64,000 nt of DNA, taken from Podarcis vaucheri (taxonomy: Eukaryota). This document shows, one piece after another, positions 1 through 13,050 of this stretch. The position numbers and the translations under genes were made by a program. Within the stretch, counting starts at the first letter, position 1, and each line of letters starts with the position of its first letter. The notes beneath the pieces are model-generated. The model made no database searches, was not told where the DNA came from, and saw only the letters and a program-made list of their open reading frames with translations. The DNA lies in the NCBI GenBank assembly GCA_965113315.1, contig OZ220365.1; one strand, written 5' to 3'.

Positions 1-207
1 GGGGAAGCCAAAACAGCGAGCGGGATCCATTCCGCTCGCTGCCTTGGCTTGTTCCATAGCTGCGCGCAACCCCTCTGGCAGGGAGAGGTTGTGTGCAGCC
101 TGTACGCTGCTCTTTGGGGCTGGGGGGGAAATTTTTTTCTTGATTTCTCCCCCTAAAAACTGGGTGCGCCCTATGGTCCGGTGCGCCCTATGGTGCAAAA
201 AATATGG
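1..207. mobile_element. Right end of a non-autonomous Tc1/mariner-superfamily element
   Basis: Ends gtgcgccctatggtgcaaaaaatatgg|TA, which resembles the right TIR region of the element at 26965-27698. Confidence 0.7.
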
Positions 208-853
208 TACATATTTTTTAAAAAATGTAAATCACTTTCCTACTTACATATTAGTAGCAAACATAAAGCAAAAGCAAACCGTACTATAAAATTAAACGAT
301 GAAAATTCTAAAAGCTTAAAATACCAAGAATAAGCTGAAAAATTATCAATAAGCAGCAAACAAAACAAAACAATGAAAACAATGAAAAAACTCATTAAAA
401 CTTACTGTTACTTTTTAATATTTTGTTTCACTTTAAATAAATGGCAGTGTTAAGCTAAACTTTACTAACTTTAGTTTCAGTGGAACAAAACCAAAACCCC
501 TTATTTGGACTTTATGGTAAACTAGGGGTTGTACTGTTCCCTAAAAGTGTGATTCTTGAAGTAATACTGTCTCCCAGGATTCTTCTGTTACATATTTTCA
601 TTCTCCATGCAATGTCTGTTCCTGCCTTGTTAAGTAGAATGTTGTTTCTAGCACATGACGAGAACTTTTTGGCCAAGCCTACCATAATCCCTTTACTGAC
701 TTCCAGGTCTACTCTGTAAGTATATGAATATTTAAATTAATTCTCCCAGTCATATCTTCCCCACAGCTTTATCTTAGGACCTATAGTCATCTTTAAGAAT
801 TCTAACACATTCTTCAGACACTCAACCTTTGTGCTTACTCTCTGGGTTTAGAT

Positions 854-1111
854 CAGGGGTCAGCAACCTTTTTCAGCCTTGAGCCGGTCCACCGTCCCTC
901 AGACCATGTGGTAGGTCGGACTATATTTGCGGGGGGGGGAGAGAATGAACGAATTCCTATGCCCCACAAATAACCCAGAAGTGCTTTTTAAATAAAAGGA
1001 CACATTCTACTCATGTAAAAACACATTGATTCCCAAACCATCCGCGGGCCGGATTGAGAAGGCAATTGGGCCGCATCCGGCCCCCGAGGGGCCTTAGGTT
1101 GCCTGCCGCTG
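854..1111. mobile_element. hAT (Charlie-like) MITE
   Basis: TIRs caggggtcagcaacct...aggttgcctgccgctg; perfect 8-bp TSD gtttagat at 846-853 and 1112-1119. Confidence 0.85.
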
Positions 1112-1439
1112 GTTTAGATCAACTATTTCAGTAAGATTCCCACTTTCCCCCCAGGCTGTCAATAATAGTGCCTGAGGGCTATCTTCCGCAACTGTACCTA
1201 GTCCTTGGCCAGCAAACCTGAACGATTACATATTTTAAAATGCTGCCTCTAATATATTCACTATTCTCATTCAACTGGACACCTTTTCATCATTCTAATT
1301 CCTGCTGAATGCTATGACACATGCAGGAAATCAGGTCAACACTAACCCCTAGGATGACTGCCAGCAGTATAGTACAGATTTTCATGTTTTGCTCTCATGT
1401 TTTTTAAGTAACTGGAAACCAACATACTCTGAAACATAA

Positions 1440-1827
1440 CACAACCTTATGATACAAAATATCATAATTCTTCCTCTTTTCGTTTGTTAAAGACACCGTG
1501 TTCTTTTTTCCACATACTTTATAGCCAGTGAAAATATCTAAGTACACATGTTTCCCACTGCCAAGTGGGGTAATTCATGACACAAAGTAGTGTAGGGAAT
1601 TTTTAAGTTCTGATCCAGGATCCAAATTGACATCTGCACAACCTTATGATACAAAATATCATAATTCTTCCTCTTTTCGTTTGTTAAAGACACCGTGTTC
1701 TTTTTTCCACATACTTTATAGCCAGTGAAAATATCTAAGTACACATGTTTCCCACTGCCAAGTGGGGTAATTCATGACACAAAGTAGTGTAGGGAATTTT
1801 TAAGTTCTGATCCAGGATTCAAATTGA
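1440..1827. repeat. Tandem duplication, 2 x 191 bp with a 6-bp spacer
   Basis: 1440-1630 repeats at 1637-1827 with one visible mismatch. Confidence 0.95.
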
Positions 1828-2909
1828 AATAACAGTCAGAAAGAGAGATCTATACACAATATTAGCCTTGTTAATATTTTCTGTTTGATGAAGATATCAT
1901 TTGGCTTATCTTCAATACCTGGAAATTAAGTGTACCTCTCAAAGAAGATGTGGGAAACATTTCAGGAAGTCCTAGATTGTTAAGATCAGAGTGTGAGCTG
2001 AGTGACAAACCAGCTAAGTTAGCCTTGTCATAGCCAATAGAACAGAAATAACTATAGTTGATGGATTTTCCTTTGGAAGACATGAAAAATATATTGCAAA
2101 ACTCTAAGTTCTGAAAATAAATAGAATCAGTCAAGTTTTCCTAGTATTTGTCATAAGGACAGGACAGAACACAGTAAACAACCAGTTGTCTGGGGAAAGG
2201 CTATTCCCTTGTGTGCATAACTGGCCATAAATGCACTAAAACCAAAATGATTTTTGTAGTACATAGATTACATACTGCTCCCAAGAAGCTGAAAGTATAC
2301 GTCTAAGAAATAGCAAAAAAATAAATCACAAGAAATAAATCACTAGATACAAGTGAAAATCTACAAAAAGTAACTGCAACCCACCAGCTCAAACATTTAA
2401 TTCATCCATTACACAGAATTAAACTAGAATAAAATTAAAAGGTCCTTGAGTTAATTTAGTTACTGCCATGAAACTAACCTTGCAGAATTTACTAACATTC
2501 ACTGTAATCTGTATTTTTTAGAGTTCATGTAATGCTTATATTCACATCAGTTTGCTACTGGCATTTTTACTATGAAACATTTTGATTAAAAAGTGCAAGA
2601 TGGGTTCATACTTTAAACAGAAATTTCCTTCACTGAAATCATCAGCATACGATCAAATGAGATAATAGTATAAGATACTGTACTTTATGTTCTCATTTTG
2701 TCTTTGCACAAAGTGTGGATCCTATAATTGCTTTATAATTGCTTTTTACTGTAATGCTTAATAGTTTGTACAGATATAGAAACATAAGAATTGCCTTGTA
2801 TTTGATGTTCTACATCAAACTAAGGTCTATCTTATCCAAAATTCTAGACTTGTTCAGATGGTATATTGATCCTGGGGAGAAACTGGGAGTGGGCCTCAGA
2901 GCAACCTTC

Positions 2910-2910
2910 C

Positions 2911-2968
<58 letters not shown>
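2910..2968. repeat. Compound microsatellite (CT)n(CA)n
   Basis: Read directly from the sequence. Confidence 0.98.
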
Positions 2969-2970
<2 letters not shown>

Positions 2971-4659
2971 AATTTATCTTCACAGGGGAAAGAGAGAGAG
3001 AATCTAAGAGATTTTAGGTTTATTTGAACTGAGGGTCTCCCTTAGCACTGCAATGTACAAGTTATCTCCAGCTGAAGCTATCCAGGACAGATACCCCCTA
3101 GTAAACAAAAGTATATCCCTATTGCTTCCTAACATGGAGGTCTAAAGAAGCAGCACAAATAAAAACCAAGGAGGATTGCAGCAAAGGTTTTTTGCTGGGG
3201 AAAGAAATGCCAAGCTAACAAAAATTACATTGCTGACATACTACACTGCCTCATTTTATTAACTATGCAGTCAACCACTTCCCCTGTCTTTCCTTCGAAT
3301 ATAAGAAGTACTGCCGAACTTCTCAAAAGAGCAGGGACAGTGCAAAACTTTGTGATGATTCAGACAGTGGCACTGCACAGTCTAAGAAGTGCAATTTGAA
3401 ACCCTTTTTAATTTCACTGAGGATGTTGGCACATACAGCCTTCAAGCTGGAGCTAGAGCATCCAAAGGATAATAAAGGAAAACCTCTAGGTTCATACACT
3501 GTTCCATTAACACCTCTAAAAGCATCACACCTCCAGGCAACCAGTTGAGTTAGTTGTGCATTCTTGAAAAAGAGAATTTATAGTCATAGGATAAGGCTGA
3601 AGATGGAATTGGGCGGGGAGGGGGCAGTGAAACCACTGTATGTAACCACTGCCAAGTGAAGGGTCACTTCAATAAATGATTCAGTTCATTGCCACTTCTA
3701 AACAGTTGGGGAGGGCAATTTGCTAGAGATCGAGCAGTTGTGCCTCCATTTTTCAGTTACTGTTTCCTTTGCATTTACAGTCCCAGAGCAAAAATGCTTA
3801 AGTTTTAGCTGCAAATGCTCTGAAGGAATGCCTGCATTGTTAGTTCTGCACGTTTATGATTAACAAGTTCTCACTGACTAAAAACAAATCAAACTTTGTT
3901 GACCATCAAAAGGGTTTGCCATGAACTCGAAGCTGCATGCACATGACTAAACCCATTTATTTCTACATTGGGAGAGACTATATTATAGCACGTAATGGAG
4001 GGAAATTATTCAAGTAGAAAATGTATTAAAATATTCAGGTAAAATGGAAATAACTATGAAGGAGTCGCATAATGCAAGAAGGGCAAACAATGATTCCATA
4101 ATTATAAGGGAAGTATATTAAATTTTCCCCTCACAATTTAGAGGAAATTTTTGCATGTTTTAACTTTGCTATTCAGCTTCCTTAGCTTTAAAGTCAAGGG
4201 TACAACAGCCTCAAAAGAGGACACCTACCTGCCCTTGGTTTACCAAATATACCACTAAGCAATCAAGGAAAATAGCTCTTACAGAATCTCCAAGAAAGAA
4301 AAGGGGACAGATATGAACATAAGAATGTAAAAAGAGGCCTGCTAGATAAGGCCAATGGACCATCTGGTCTGGCATCCTTCTCTCACGGTAGCCAAGCAAA
4401 TAAGGCTAGTCCCATTTCCTTCCAGTACCTTAGTGATGAGATCAAAAATGTGTTTAGTAATAATGCTATACTGAAAGACACCCCCCATTCACTCTCCAAA
4501 CAATATTTGAAGTTTATCTGTCCTTTTATCAACTTTGAGACAGTTATAAAAACCATCATGCAATTTATTTTCAGCATTCAAAACTTCTGAGCCAATTCTT
4601 AGCTGCTCACTCTTCCTTTACCATCTATCATCCACATTAGTCGAGAGCAGTGGTCAACA

Positions 4660-4947
4660 GTAAAGGAACCCCTGACCATTAGGTCCAGTTGTGGCCAACT
4701 CTGGGGTTGCGGCGCTCATCTCGCTTTATTGGCCGAGGGAGCCGGTGTACAGCTTCCGGGTCATGTGGCCAGCATGACTAAGCCACTTCTGGCAAACCAG
4801 ACCAGCACCTATTTATCTACTTGCACTTTGACATGCTTTCAAACTGCTAGGTTGGCAGGAGCAGGGACCAAGCAGTGGGAGCTCACCCATTGTTGGGATT
4901 CGAACCACTGACCTTCTGATCGGCAAGTCCTAGGCCACCCGCGTCCC
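4660..4947 (-). mobile_element. Sauria SINE with internal deletions
   Basis: Minus strand has the gggacgcgggtggc head and B box ggttcgaatccc; TSD gtggtcaaca at 4650-4659 and 4950-4959. Confidence 0.9.
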
Positions 4948-5011
4948 TCGTGGTCAACAATAGTTTAGAGTTTAAGACTAGTTGAGGGTTAGAGAGCTCA
5001 GAGGCTAAATA

Positions 5012-5226
5012 CAGTGGTACCTCATGTTAAGAACTTAATTCGTTCTGGAGGTCTGTTGATAACCTGAAACTGTTCTTAACCTGAGGTACCACTTTAGCTA
5101 ATGGGGCCTCCAGCTGCCGCCGCATGATTTCTGTTCTCATCCTGAGGTAAAGTTCATAACCCAAAGTAGTATTTCTGGGTTAGTGGAGTCTGTAACCTGA
5201 AGTGTCTGTAACCCGAGGTATCACTG
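5012..5226. mobile_element. Tc1/mariner (Tigger/pogo-like) MITE
   Basis: TA|cagtggtacctc...gaggtatcactg|TA. Confidence 0.85.
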
Positions 5227-6141
5227 TATAAGAATAAACTGGGAAATCCATAGGTGCTAATAGATAAAAGATAGCTACATTATAATTATGTGTCTTCAGA
5301 ACAGCCAGAAACAAAACAGGCAACTCTTACTGAAAAAATGAATACTAACAAGACCAAGAGAAGACTTCACAAAAATATACATTTGCTCTTTTAGCAAGAA
5401 TTTACTGAAATCTCTTTTTATATCGCAGAAAATCATATTGCATATCATAATGATCCCACTACTCCAAAGCCTATGTCTAAAAATCAGGTTGGGTTATGGT
5501 TTTCCTATGTGAATTAATGGCATTCAATCAGCAACGGTAAGCTGTCACAAGGTGTTTTCCTTCCTGCCACCAATCATACCTTTGGACCTTGCTTGCTAGT
5601 AAATAACAAGAAAGGGAGACACCTCATAGCAGTTCCCATCAGCAAAGTTTACTTATTGATTCCCTCCTATCTGACAATATAGGAGCTTTGTGTCTCTGAG
5701 AGATTCTTGAGGCAAAATTTAGGCTGGTGTGAGATATGTAAGACATCATGATACTCTGATTCTTGATTTGCAGCATCCCTACTTAGAAAGTATAGAAATG
5801 CTTGTGAAGAGGCCCAATGGGCTAGAGGTTTGGGGAATACTTCATTAAAATCACTGCAACTTTTAAGTACAGATTTACTAAACAAGGTTTATGGAGGAAA
5901 AAAACATTTACTTTGTGGAATTTTCTTTAAAATACACACTCAGATTTAGCAGCTCATTTTGATCCCTTAGCTGATGGCTCTCCTTTACTGTGCAGCAGCC
6001 TTTATTCTTCAGCAGGCATTGGACTCGTTATTAATTGCATGTTATTGTTGTTTTTATTTATTGCAATCTGGCTTTAGCATTTTAAATGTAAAGGCAAGTT
6101 AACTACTTTAACTAACACACACAAACTTGTCATGCTCTTAC

Positions 6142-6331
6142 CTCTATCTGCTTTTTCAGTTCCCTTCCAGAAGCACTGTCCTGAACAGCACGTTCGCGTT
6201 GTGATGCGTCTGCAAGCACGTTAACTGTAGCTTCTGCTTCTTGTATCCACTTGAGGAAACTTTCAAGGTCTTTGAGCAAGGCATGCACTGCCTTCAGCTC
6301 AGCCTCCAAAGCATTCTGCCTATTAGATGTT
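6142..6331 (-). CDS. UTRN: Utrophin exon, DMD ex55-equivalent (190 nt, phase 2/0)
   Basis: cctacag|A ACA...GAG|gtaaga; TSNRQNALEAELKAVHALLKDLESFLKWIQEAEATVNVLADASQRERAVQDSASGRELKKQIE. Confidence 0.95.
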
Positions 6332-7621
6332 CTGTAGGGAAGAGAAATAACACTGACCTCAGAAAAATTGCAAAAAGTAATCATTAAATCTAAGAAAGAG
6401 CAGTTGGTGCGCATTTGTTTTGGTGCATTATGCCACAGGTTCTAGAATTTCTATGCTTATTAATTTACTTGCAAGATGCTACAATTTATGAAAATAATTC
6501 AATATATCAAATACGCCTCTTCTTGCTGTAACCATACTGCAATGTTGCAAGTGTGAGGAACTTAACTGCACACTTTCAGGACGTTGTGAAGCAAGCAAAT
6601 AGTTTTTGCGCAATGAATGAAAACAACTCCCTAAAGTGTACAGACCACAATGCTGTTAAAAAGTGGAACAGATGTTCTTTATTTTATCACTTACTTGGGA
6701 GATTGCAACTACTCCTTTAATAAAATCATAATTTATTTGAGAGTTTTTTTCATATTGCACTTGTCTTCTATTACACACTTCAATATTCTGTAAACATTTG
6801 CAACACTTTTGACCTTGTCTGACCTTCATCTTTCCAAACTGAAATGAATTCAGGCAACATGATCAACTCACAGGATTTAATTTTTAAAGATTGTTTTGGT
6901 GATAATCTATTGGTAGGCTAAGAAGGTGCCAAATCTATATTTTTTCCCTGCCAAAAAATCTCCAATAAGCAAGTGCCAAATTGCAGAGCTATAGTACCAA
7001 AAGCATCCTCTCCAAATATCTACTTCAAGTATTATATCATTGAATAATACGTTATTTTAAAGTATTGGTGATTGCTGGCACAATGGTTGAACTTTGTGTG
7101 CATGCTTTCTTTTTTTTTTGAAACAAAGAATGAATAGATCACATTTCAATTATATGTTTAAAATAAATAGTTAATAACATTTTTTAAGGCAGCTACAACT
7201 TTGCTCATATAAAAAGGATAAATGCATGGGGCTTAGGACCTCTAGACATAATAATCGAGGTATTTTCCTCATCTTCAGTTTTGAGCCAACACAAAATACA
7301 GTTCTATATGGAAGAATTATACCATCACAGAACATTAATATCCAGAGGATTTAGTGTGTGCAGCTACCGACAGCAGAATCCACACACTTCCACAAATTAA
7401 ATTTTATGCTGGAGTGCTCCAACAAAATTGTAGTTACTTCCCACAAGATCTTTTCAGCATTTAGCAGAAAATACATATCCAGATTTCCTACCAAAGCATC
7501 TTAATATAATCACTGTTCTGCAGTAAGATATTTTCTTGTGATTCCTAATAGCCAATGTGTAAAGCCACCATATAAGGTGAAGTGGGACCTGTGCCAGTAT
7601 GGAACATACCTATGAGTGTAT

Positions 7622-7623
<2 letters not shown>

Positions 7624-7690
<67 letters not shown>
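7624..7690. repeat. Compound microsatellite (GT)n(GA)n
   Basis: Read directly from the sequence. Confidence 0.98.
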
Positions 7691-7694
<4 letters not shown>

Positions 7695-7815
7695 CACACA
7701 CTCACTCACACATGCACCCACACCACCCATTCACATAAAATATCAAAGAGATGCACAACATAAAAAACACAATACAAAAAAGCCCAAGAATGACTGGTTT
7801 GTCCAAAAAGGGAAA

Positions 7816-8010
7816 TTAAACAACTGAATAGGCATTAAAAGCCTTAAAGAGACATCCGAAGGTTAACCGTGAGGACACCTGCTGAATCTCTGTTGGAAGA
7901 GTATTCCAGAGCATGAGACCAAATGCTTGACATCTAGTTGGAGCCAGCAGGGCTTCTGAGATACAGGGGACCACCAACTGTGCCCCTCCAGATGATCTCC
8001 TATGTAAAAC
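7816..8010 (-). mobile_element. L2-clade LINE ORF2 3' fragment
   Basis: Degenerate C-terminal motif QAFGLMLWNTLPTEIQQVSSRLTFGCLFKAF (compare RAFS..AP.LWN.LP...F...LK); boundaries approximate. Confidence 0.65.
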
Positions 8011-10845
8011 CCTGTGTGAACTGCAGCATAAAATAATAAACTGATGCAACAGTCCATGTGATAGTTACTACTACTCACAGATCCAGATCTAAATAACTGT
8101 GAAATTAGTTCCAAGAACAAATTGTAAAACAGCTCTGCCTAAATGAGAAATGTTTGGTGGAAATATGGGCAGATATTCAGATGATGGATGATTTCCATGA
8201 AATGATTATCATTAAGATCAACAACTGCTAATGTCTTGGCATGCTTATTTATGCTCTCCTGTTAATCCATGTAGTATATTATGGATCAGGATTAAGCCAT
8301 GGTTTTATAACCTGGTTTGTAGAGATCACTTAAACCACAGTTCTCCAGTCCCAACAAAATTGGAACCTGCAGTTTAACAAACCTTTGAAGTATTTATATG
8401 TGAGAGGCAACGGTAGATGAACAAGGAGCACACATACACACATCCATGTCTCTTGGTCCTACATACATAATGAGACAGCACTCTGGCCTTACCCCTCAAA
8501 CTCCTCCACTAAATGCCCTTGCAAACGCCCCTTGGTCATGAGAGCTTCACCTGCTGGATTTCTTCCTGTGGCGCATTAACTAAGTGGCCCAAATCTACCT
8601 GAATACTATCAAGAAGCACGTGTGCAATAAAGAGATAAAGTGGAGCTATTTGTTCACTAAAGTAGACAAGGATGCAATCCTGTGCACCCTTTGCTAAGAA
8701 TAAATCCCATTTCATGTAAGTATATTTAAGATCGTGCAGTAGGATTGTGCTGTTTTTGGAGTATAGGGATGCTGCCAAGGCAGAAAAACAAAAGCTAAGG
8801 AGGAAGTTAAGATGCTATGAACCACATGATCCTGTGAATGTATCAGGTGACTTGCTGGATCAGAGGAAAGATCCATTTAGTCCAGAACATTGGCCAGCCA
8901 GCTGCATCTAGGAACACATAACATGAACACAGTCGTAAAGAACCATCTTCTGTTCATCCCCAGCTGCTAGACAGATGTAACATTGAAATTCTGTACTGTT
9001 CAATGTATTCTTCAGTCTTGAGTCCAAAATCTGTTCCCTGCGTAGTCCTAGTTAATTTAAAGAACATTAGCACTTTAAGAAGATAAAGCAAAAGAATTGT
9101 CAGGTAACAGGAAATCCAAACCCACGTAATGTTTGAATCAACGATAAAGCTAACAACAAGAAGTTAAAGGACCAATGAAGTTAAAAGGTAAATCTAACGT
9201 CATATTTGCTGTAGCTTTACAGAACTCCAAAAAGTCCAAAGAATAACATTGCTGATTATCATAATGGTAATAGGTGAGCACATGCATGACAGAAACAGTG
9301 GTTTTTAAAGTTGCAAGGAGGATGTCCTATTTTTAAAATCCCTTTTAGGGGTTTTAAAAACATGAAAGTAGACTTTTTTAAAAGTCTAGACTAAATTCAA
9401 GAAATAATATCTGAGACTGGGGATAAAGAATGTAATTTATTCATCTAGGTTGCAGAGATACTGACAAATTACCCAGTCTCAACCCTGAAGTATAAACAAT
9501 TATTGCCCACTGTGTAGCATATCTAATTTATACAGCAGCTCAAATTTGAGAGGGCAATCTCTTCAATGCCAGTGGTTTTTAAATGGTCTGAATTAATATA
9601 AGAAGCAGGGACATGTTGGTTTTAAAGAAGTTTCAGTTAGAGAAAATGCTGAAATTCTCCATTATTTTCAGCAGTCCTTTACTCCCAGCTGTTGTTAATC
9701 TTTCTTTTCCTTGCTGTTAATTATCGATTTTAATTGCTGTTTTTTTCTGATAATTTTAGCATTTCTTGTAAGCAGAGGTTTTGCTACAATCAGGCAGTAT
9801 ATACATTTTGCTACATACACATAGATAAATTCCAGCATGTTTACCTGCTTCATGGTTTGAAGTATTTAAACAGATTTCTAAATGTCGGTTTCCTCCTCCA
9901 CCACATTTTCAATATAAAACATAATCTACCCAAGCTTCTTTTAAATAGCTGCTTGTTCACTTTTGCCTTCAAAGCCTGTTTCACCGCTTGGCTTCATTTA
10001 CAATAAGATTGCACTGTTCCTATCAAGTCCCAATACAAATTCCTCCATAATTTACCTTAAAATTATTGGCCAGTTTTTTAACCTTCAAATCTTCATGCCA
10101 AAATGAATTAGCCATATACCACCCTACATTACCTGGGAAGTTATTTTATTTTAGAAATGTTGCAACTATCAATACTTTGCAATGCATATTGAGCACATTG
10201 AGAATGAGCATACTATCTTTTTATTCTCCAGCACCATGAAGTATATACATTTTATTATTTGACATATTTTTCAAGTCTATATTTTATAACATATACATAA
10301 AGTCTAATAATTATACTCAACCTGCCTGAAAGAGAGTTGATGTACAGAAACCACAAATGCTAACAGAAGATAAAGGGAAATCCAGACGAGAAGGGACTCT
10401 TGGGTCTTAACACAGTGAAAGTGACAGGACTGATGAAATTATGTGGAATGATGAAAAAAGGCAACATAAAAACAAACCATCTTCACATCTCTAGAGGAAA
10501 CTTTTTTCGGATTAAAATAAAATTGTTCAAGGTAACGAAGAGAATGATAGCTGGAGGCAGAAAACATACTATTATACAAAGAAGGAATTGTGACTCAACT
10601 GCAAGAAGTTTATTTTCAAATGGGAAAAATCATTAACTCTATTCCTTTCAGGATCAGACAGGGAGCTTCTGTGGCTTAAAACACTAAAAACTGAACTTGA
10701 GGGATATTTTCTCAAAGTGTAATCCAGGACTCCCTACAGAGGACAGAGGGCTTTCTTGGAGAGCAGTACTTATACAAGGGAATGAGGTACATCCATGAGG
10801 CAATAGTCTGCTTTCACAATGTTACTGCTTTTGAAGACTCTAGCT

Positions 10846-11174
10846 CAGGGGTGCTAAACGTTTGGTTCGTGGACCCAAACTGGAAGGCCATTTCCACCAA
10901 GCTAGGCCCACTTGCTCTACAGCTGATGCCATATACGACCTCAGGCATGGGGCAGGTAAAGAAATATCTGACTCATCCAAAAGTCCATTTGCAGGCACTG
11001 ACGATCAGTTGATTGATTGCTGGGTCTTGCTAAAGCCCTTGCAAAGTGCTCTGTTGTGAAGCAACAGCACTCAGCAAGACCCATATGGACAAAAAAGTCA
11101 GGTCAAACTTGGTCTGCAAGAGATGGGGAAAATAATGATCCAGCCCACTGGCCAGATCCATTTCCCTACCCCTG
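10846..11174. mobile_element. hAT MITE (older)
   Basis: caggggtg...tacccctg ends; 8-bp TSD ctctagct / ctctagcc. Confidence 0.75.
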
Positions 11175-11921
11175 CTCTAGCCTGTGGATATAGGGATGTC
11201 CAGGTATGTTGCACATGCATAATCTTTTCCTTTGACCACTACCTGACTGGGTCAGGCAGAATGCTGCTAAACAATGATGTGTTCTGGTTACATTGAAGGA
11301 GACACAGATAGCTGTTTTTCTGCTCAAGGACTTTCCATAATGAAATCTGTTATTTCCTGGCACTACAGTACTTGGGGCTGAACCAAATGAGATGCATGCT
11401 CACATTTTTTGGAAACATCAAAAAGCACCTTTCTTTCAACCATTTTCCAGAAATGACTTCAAGAAGGAATTGAAAATGTTTCCATATTCAGGAAGCACTG
11501 CTTTCACTTTCAGTAGGTTTTGTGTACCCTTGGTGATAGGGATGTCAAGGAAATCCAAAAGCACAAGACAGTTGACAACATAGCATAGACAAGGAAGAGG
11601 TGGTCAATCTTGAGGGAGCACTCCTCTCAATCAGTGCTGGAAATGCTGATTAGAAAGTAGTTAATGATACAACCTTATATTTTCCAAAAACAGGCCATAT
11701 TTATTAAACAAATATCTCAGGAACTTTAAAGACCTGGCTACACCTGGATCCATGCTGAAAAAAAGTCAGATATCTGACCAGCTTCATTTGGCTTGCACTG
11801 CACAAAGGAACAGTTTAGAGTTCTTCCTCGATTTAGACACACTTGGTAAGAAAGCCCCCAATTTAGGTTATACCTAAATTAATAGAATATGAATTTGAGG
11901 CACACGTTTGTTCGCACATAC

Positions 11922-12076
11922 CTTTGTTTCAAGTTGATCCATGAGGTATTCAAGTGATCCATTATTTCCTTCACTTTTCTTGTGTCATCACCATTGTAGT
12001 CTTGAAGAAGTTTGTTTGATAGATCATTGAATTGACTCATCTTGGTATCCCCTTTATCTAAATCCTGTAGTAACAT
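11922..12076 (-). CDS. UTRN: Utrophin exon, DMD ex54-equivalent (155 nt, phase 0/2)
   Basis: tgcttag|ATG...CAAAG|gtatgt; MLLQDLDKGDTKMSQFNDLSNKLLQDYNGDDTRKVKEIMDHLNTSWINLKQ. Confidence 0.95.
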
Positions 12077-12163
12077 CTAAGCAACAAATTCAGAGTAGTT
12101 AAGAAAAAGCAAGAGGGGGATATCAGTGTAAAACTGAAAATCAAATATGGTTTCTGATGGTGT

Positions 12164-12257
12164 TTCCTGCTTGGCAGGGGGTTGGACTCGATGGCCCTTG
12201 TGGTCTCTTCCAACTCTATGATTCTATGATTCTATGATTCTATGATTCTATGATTCT
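12164..12257 (+). mobile_element. CR1 LINE 3' end
   Basis: gggttggactcgatggccctt...ccaactctatg followed by the (ATTCTATG)n octamer tail typical of CR1. Confidence 0.9.
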
Positions 12258-12519
12258 CAAATTCTGACTATACTTTTAAATTAAAGGATCACTCTTTCAT
12301 CCAATGTCGTGAACTACAAAAATAAAAAAATATCAAATCAGGAAGGAAGAAGGGTCTGTTCCACAGAGACATCAACTACAATCTTAACAGAAAGGAACAG
12401 CCCCATGATTCTGCAATCTAGCAGAAACTCATCAATACTGGGGAAGGAGAATCCGAAAAGTGTAAATCGCTCCTTTCCCCACAACACAAATAAAATTCCG
12501 GTCAATAAAGTGAATATGA

Positions 12520-12920
12520 GGGGGGCATAAAAGAGATATTTAAAATTGTGCGTGGTGTGTTGAAAGTATATAGGAAGACTCTTTACTCCCTTTCTCTTAA
12601 TACTTTAACATGGGGTCATCCACAGAAGCTGAATGTTGGAAGATTCAGGGCAGATGGAGAACATTTTTTCTTCATACAGTGCATAGTTGAAATAGTGGCA
12701 TTTACTACCACAATATGTAGTGATAACCACCAATGTGGTTGGCTTTAAAGGGGCTTTAGACAAATTCATGGCTGCTAAGGCTATTGATGGCTACTAACCA
12801 GGGTGACTATGTACTAAATCCAATATCAGAGGCAGTATTCCACTAAATACCACTTGCAGAGGAACACAAGAGTGCTGTTGTGCTTACAGGCTTCCAATAG
12901 ACATCTGGTTCGGCACTGTG

Positions 12921-12967
<47 letters not shown>

Positions 12968-13050
12968 TTATTATTTATACCCCGCCCATCTGGCTGGGTT
13001 TCCCCAGGATGCTAGATTAGATAGGGCTTTGGTCTGATCCACCAGGATCC
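12520..13050 (+). mobile_element. CR1-type LINE 3' fragment interrupted by an L2 tail
   Basis: Degenerate ORF2 end (GHPQKLNVGRFRAD...FFIQCIV) and a 3' UTR ending gatgctagattagatagggctttggtctgatcc; boundaries approximate. Confidence 0.7.
12921..13007 (-). mobile_element. Severely 5'-truncated L2-type 3' tail with (TTA)n repeat
   Basis: tataccccgcccatctggctgggttt is shared with the 3' end of the L2 element at 43304-43360. Confidence 0.75.

Noticed and set aside
1-6141. G-utrophin/Up113-type first exon or internal promoter in the intron-55 equivalent
   Set aside because: No matching N-terminal peptide or convincing promoter was seen, and the intron continues outside the window. The motif cluster near 3750-3960 is too weak to call.
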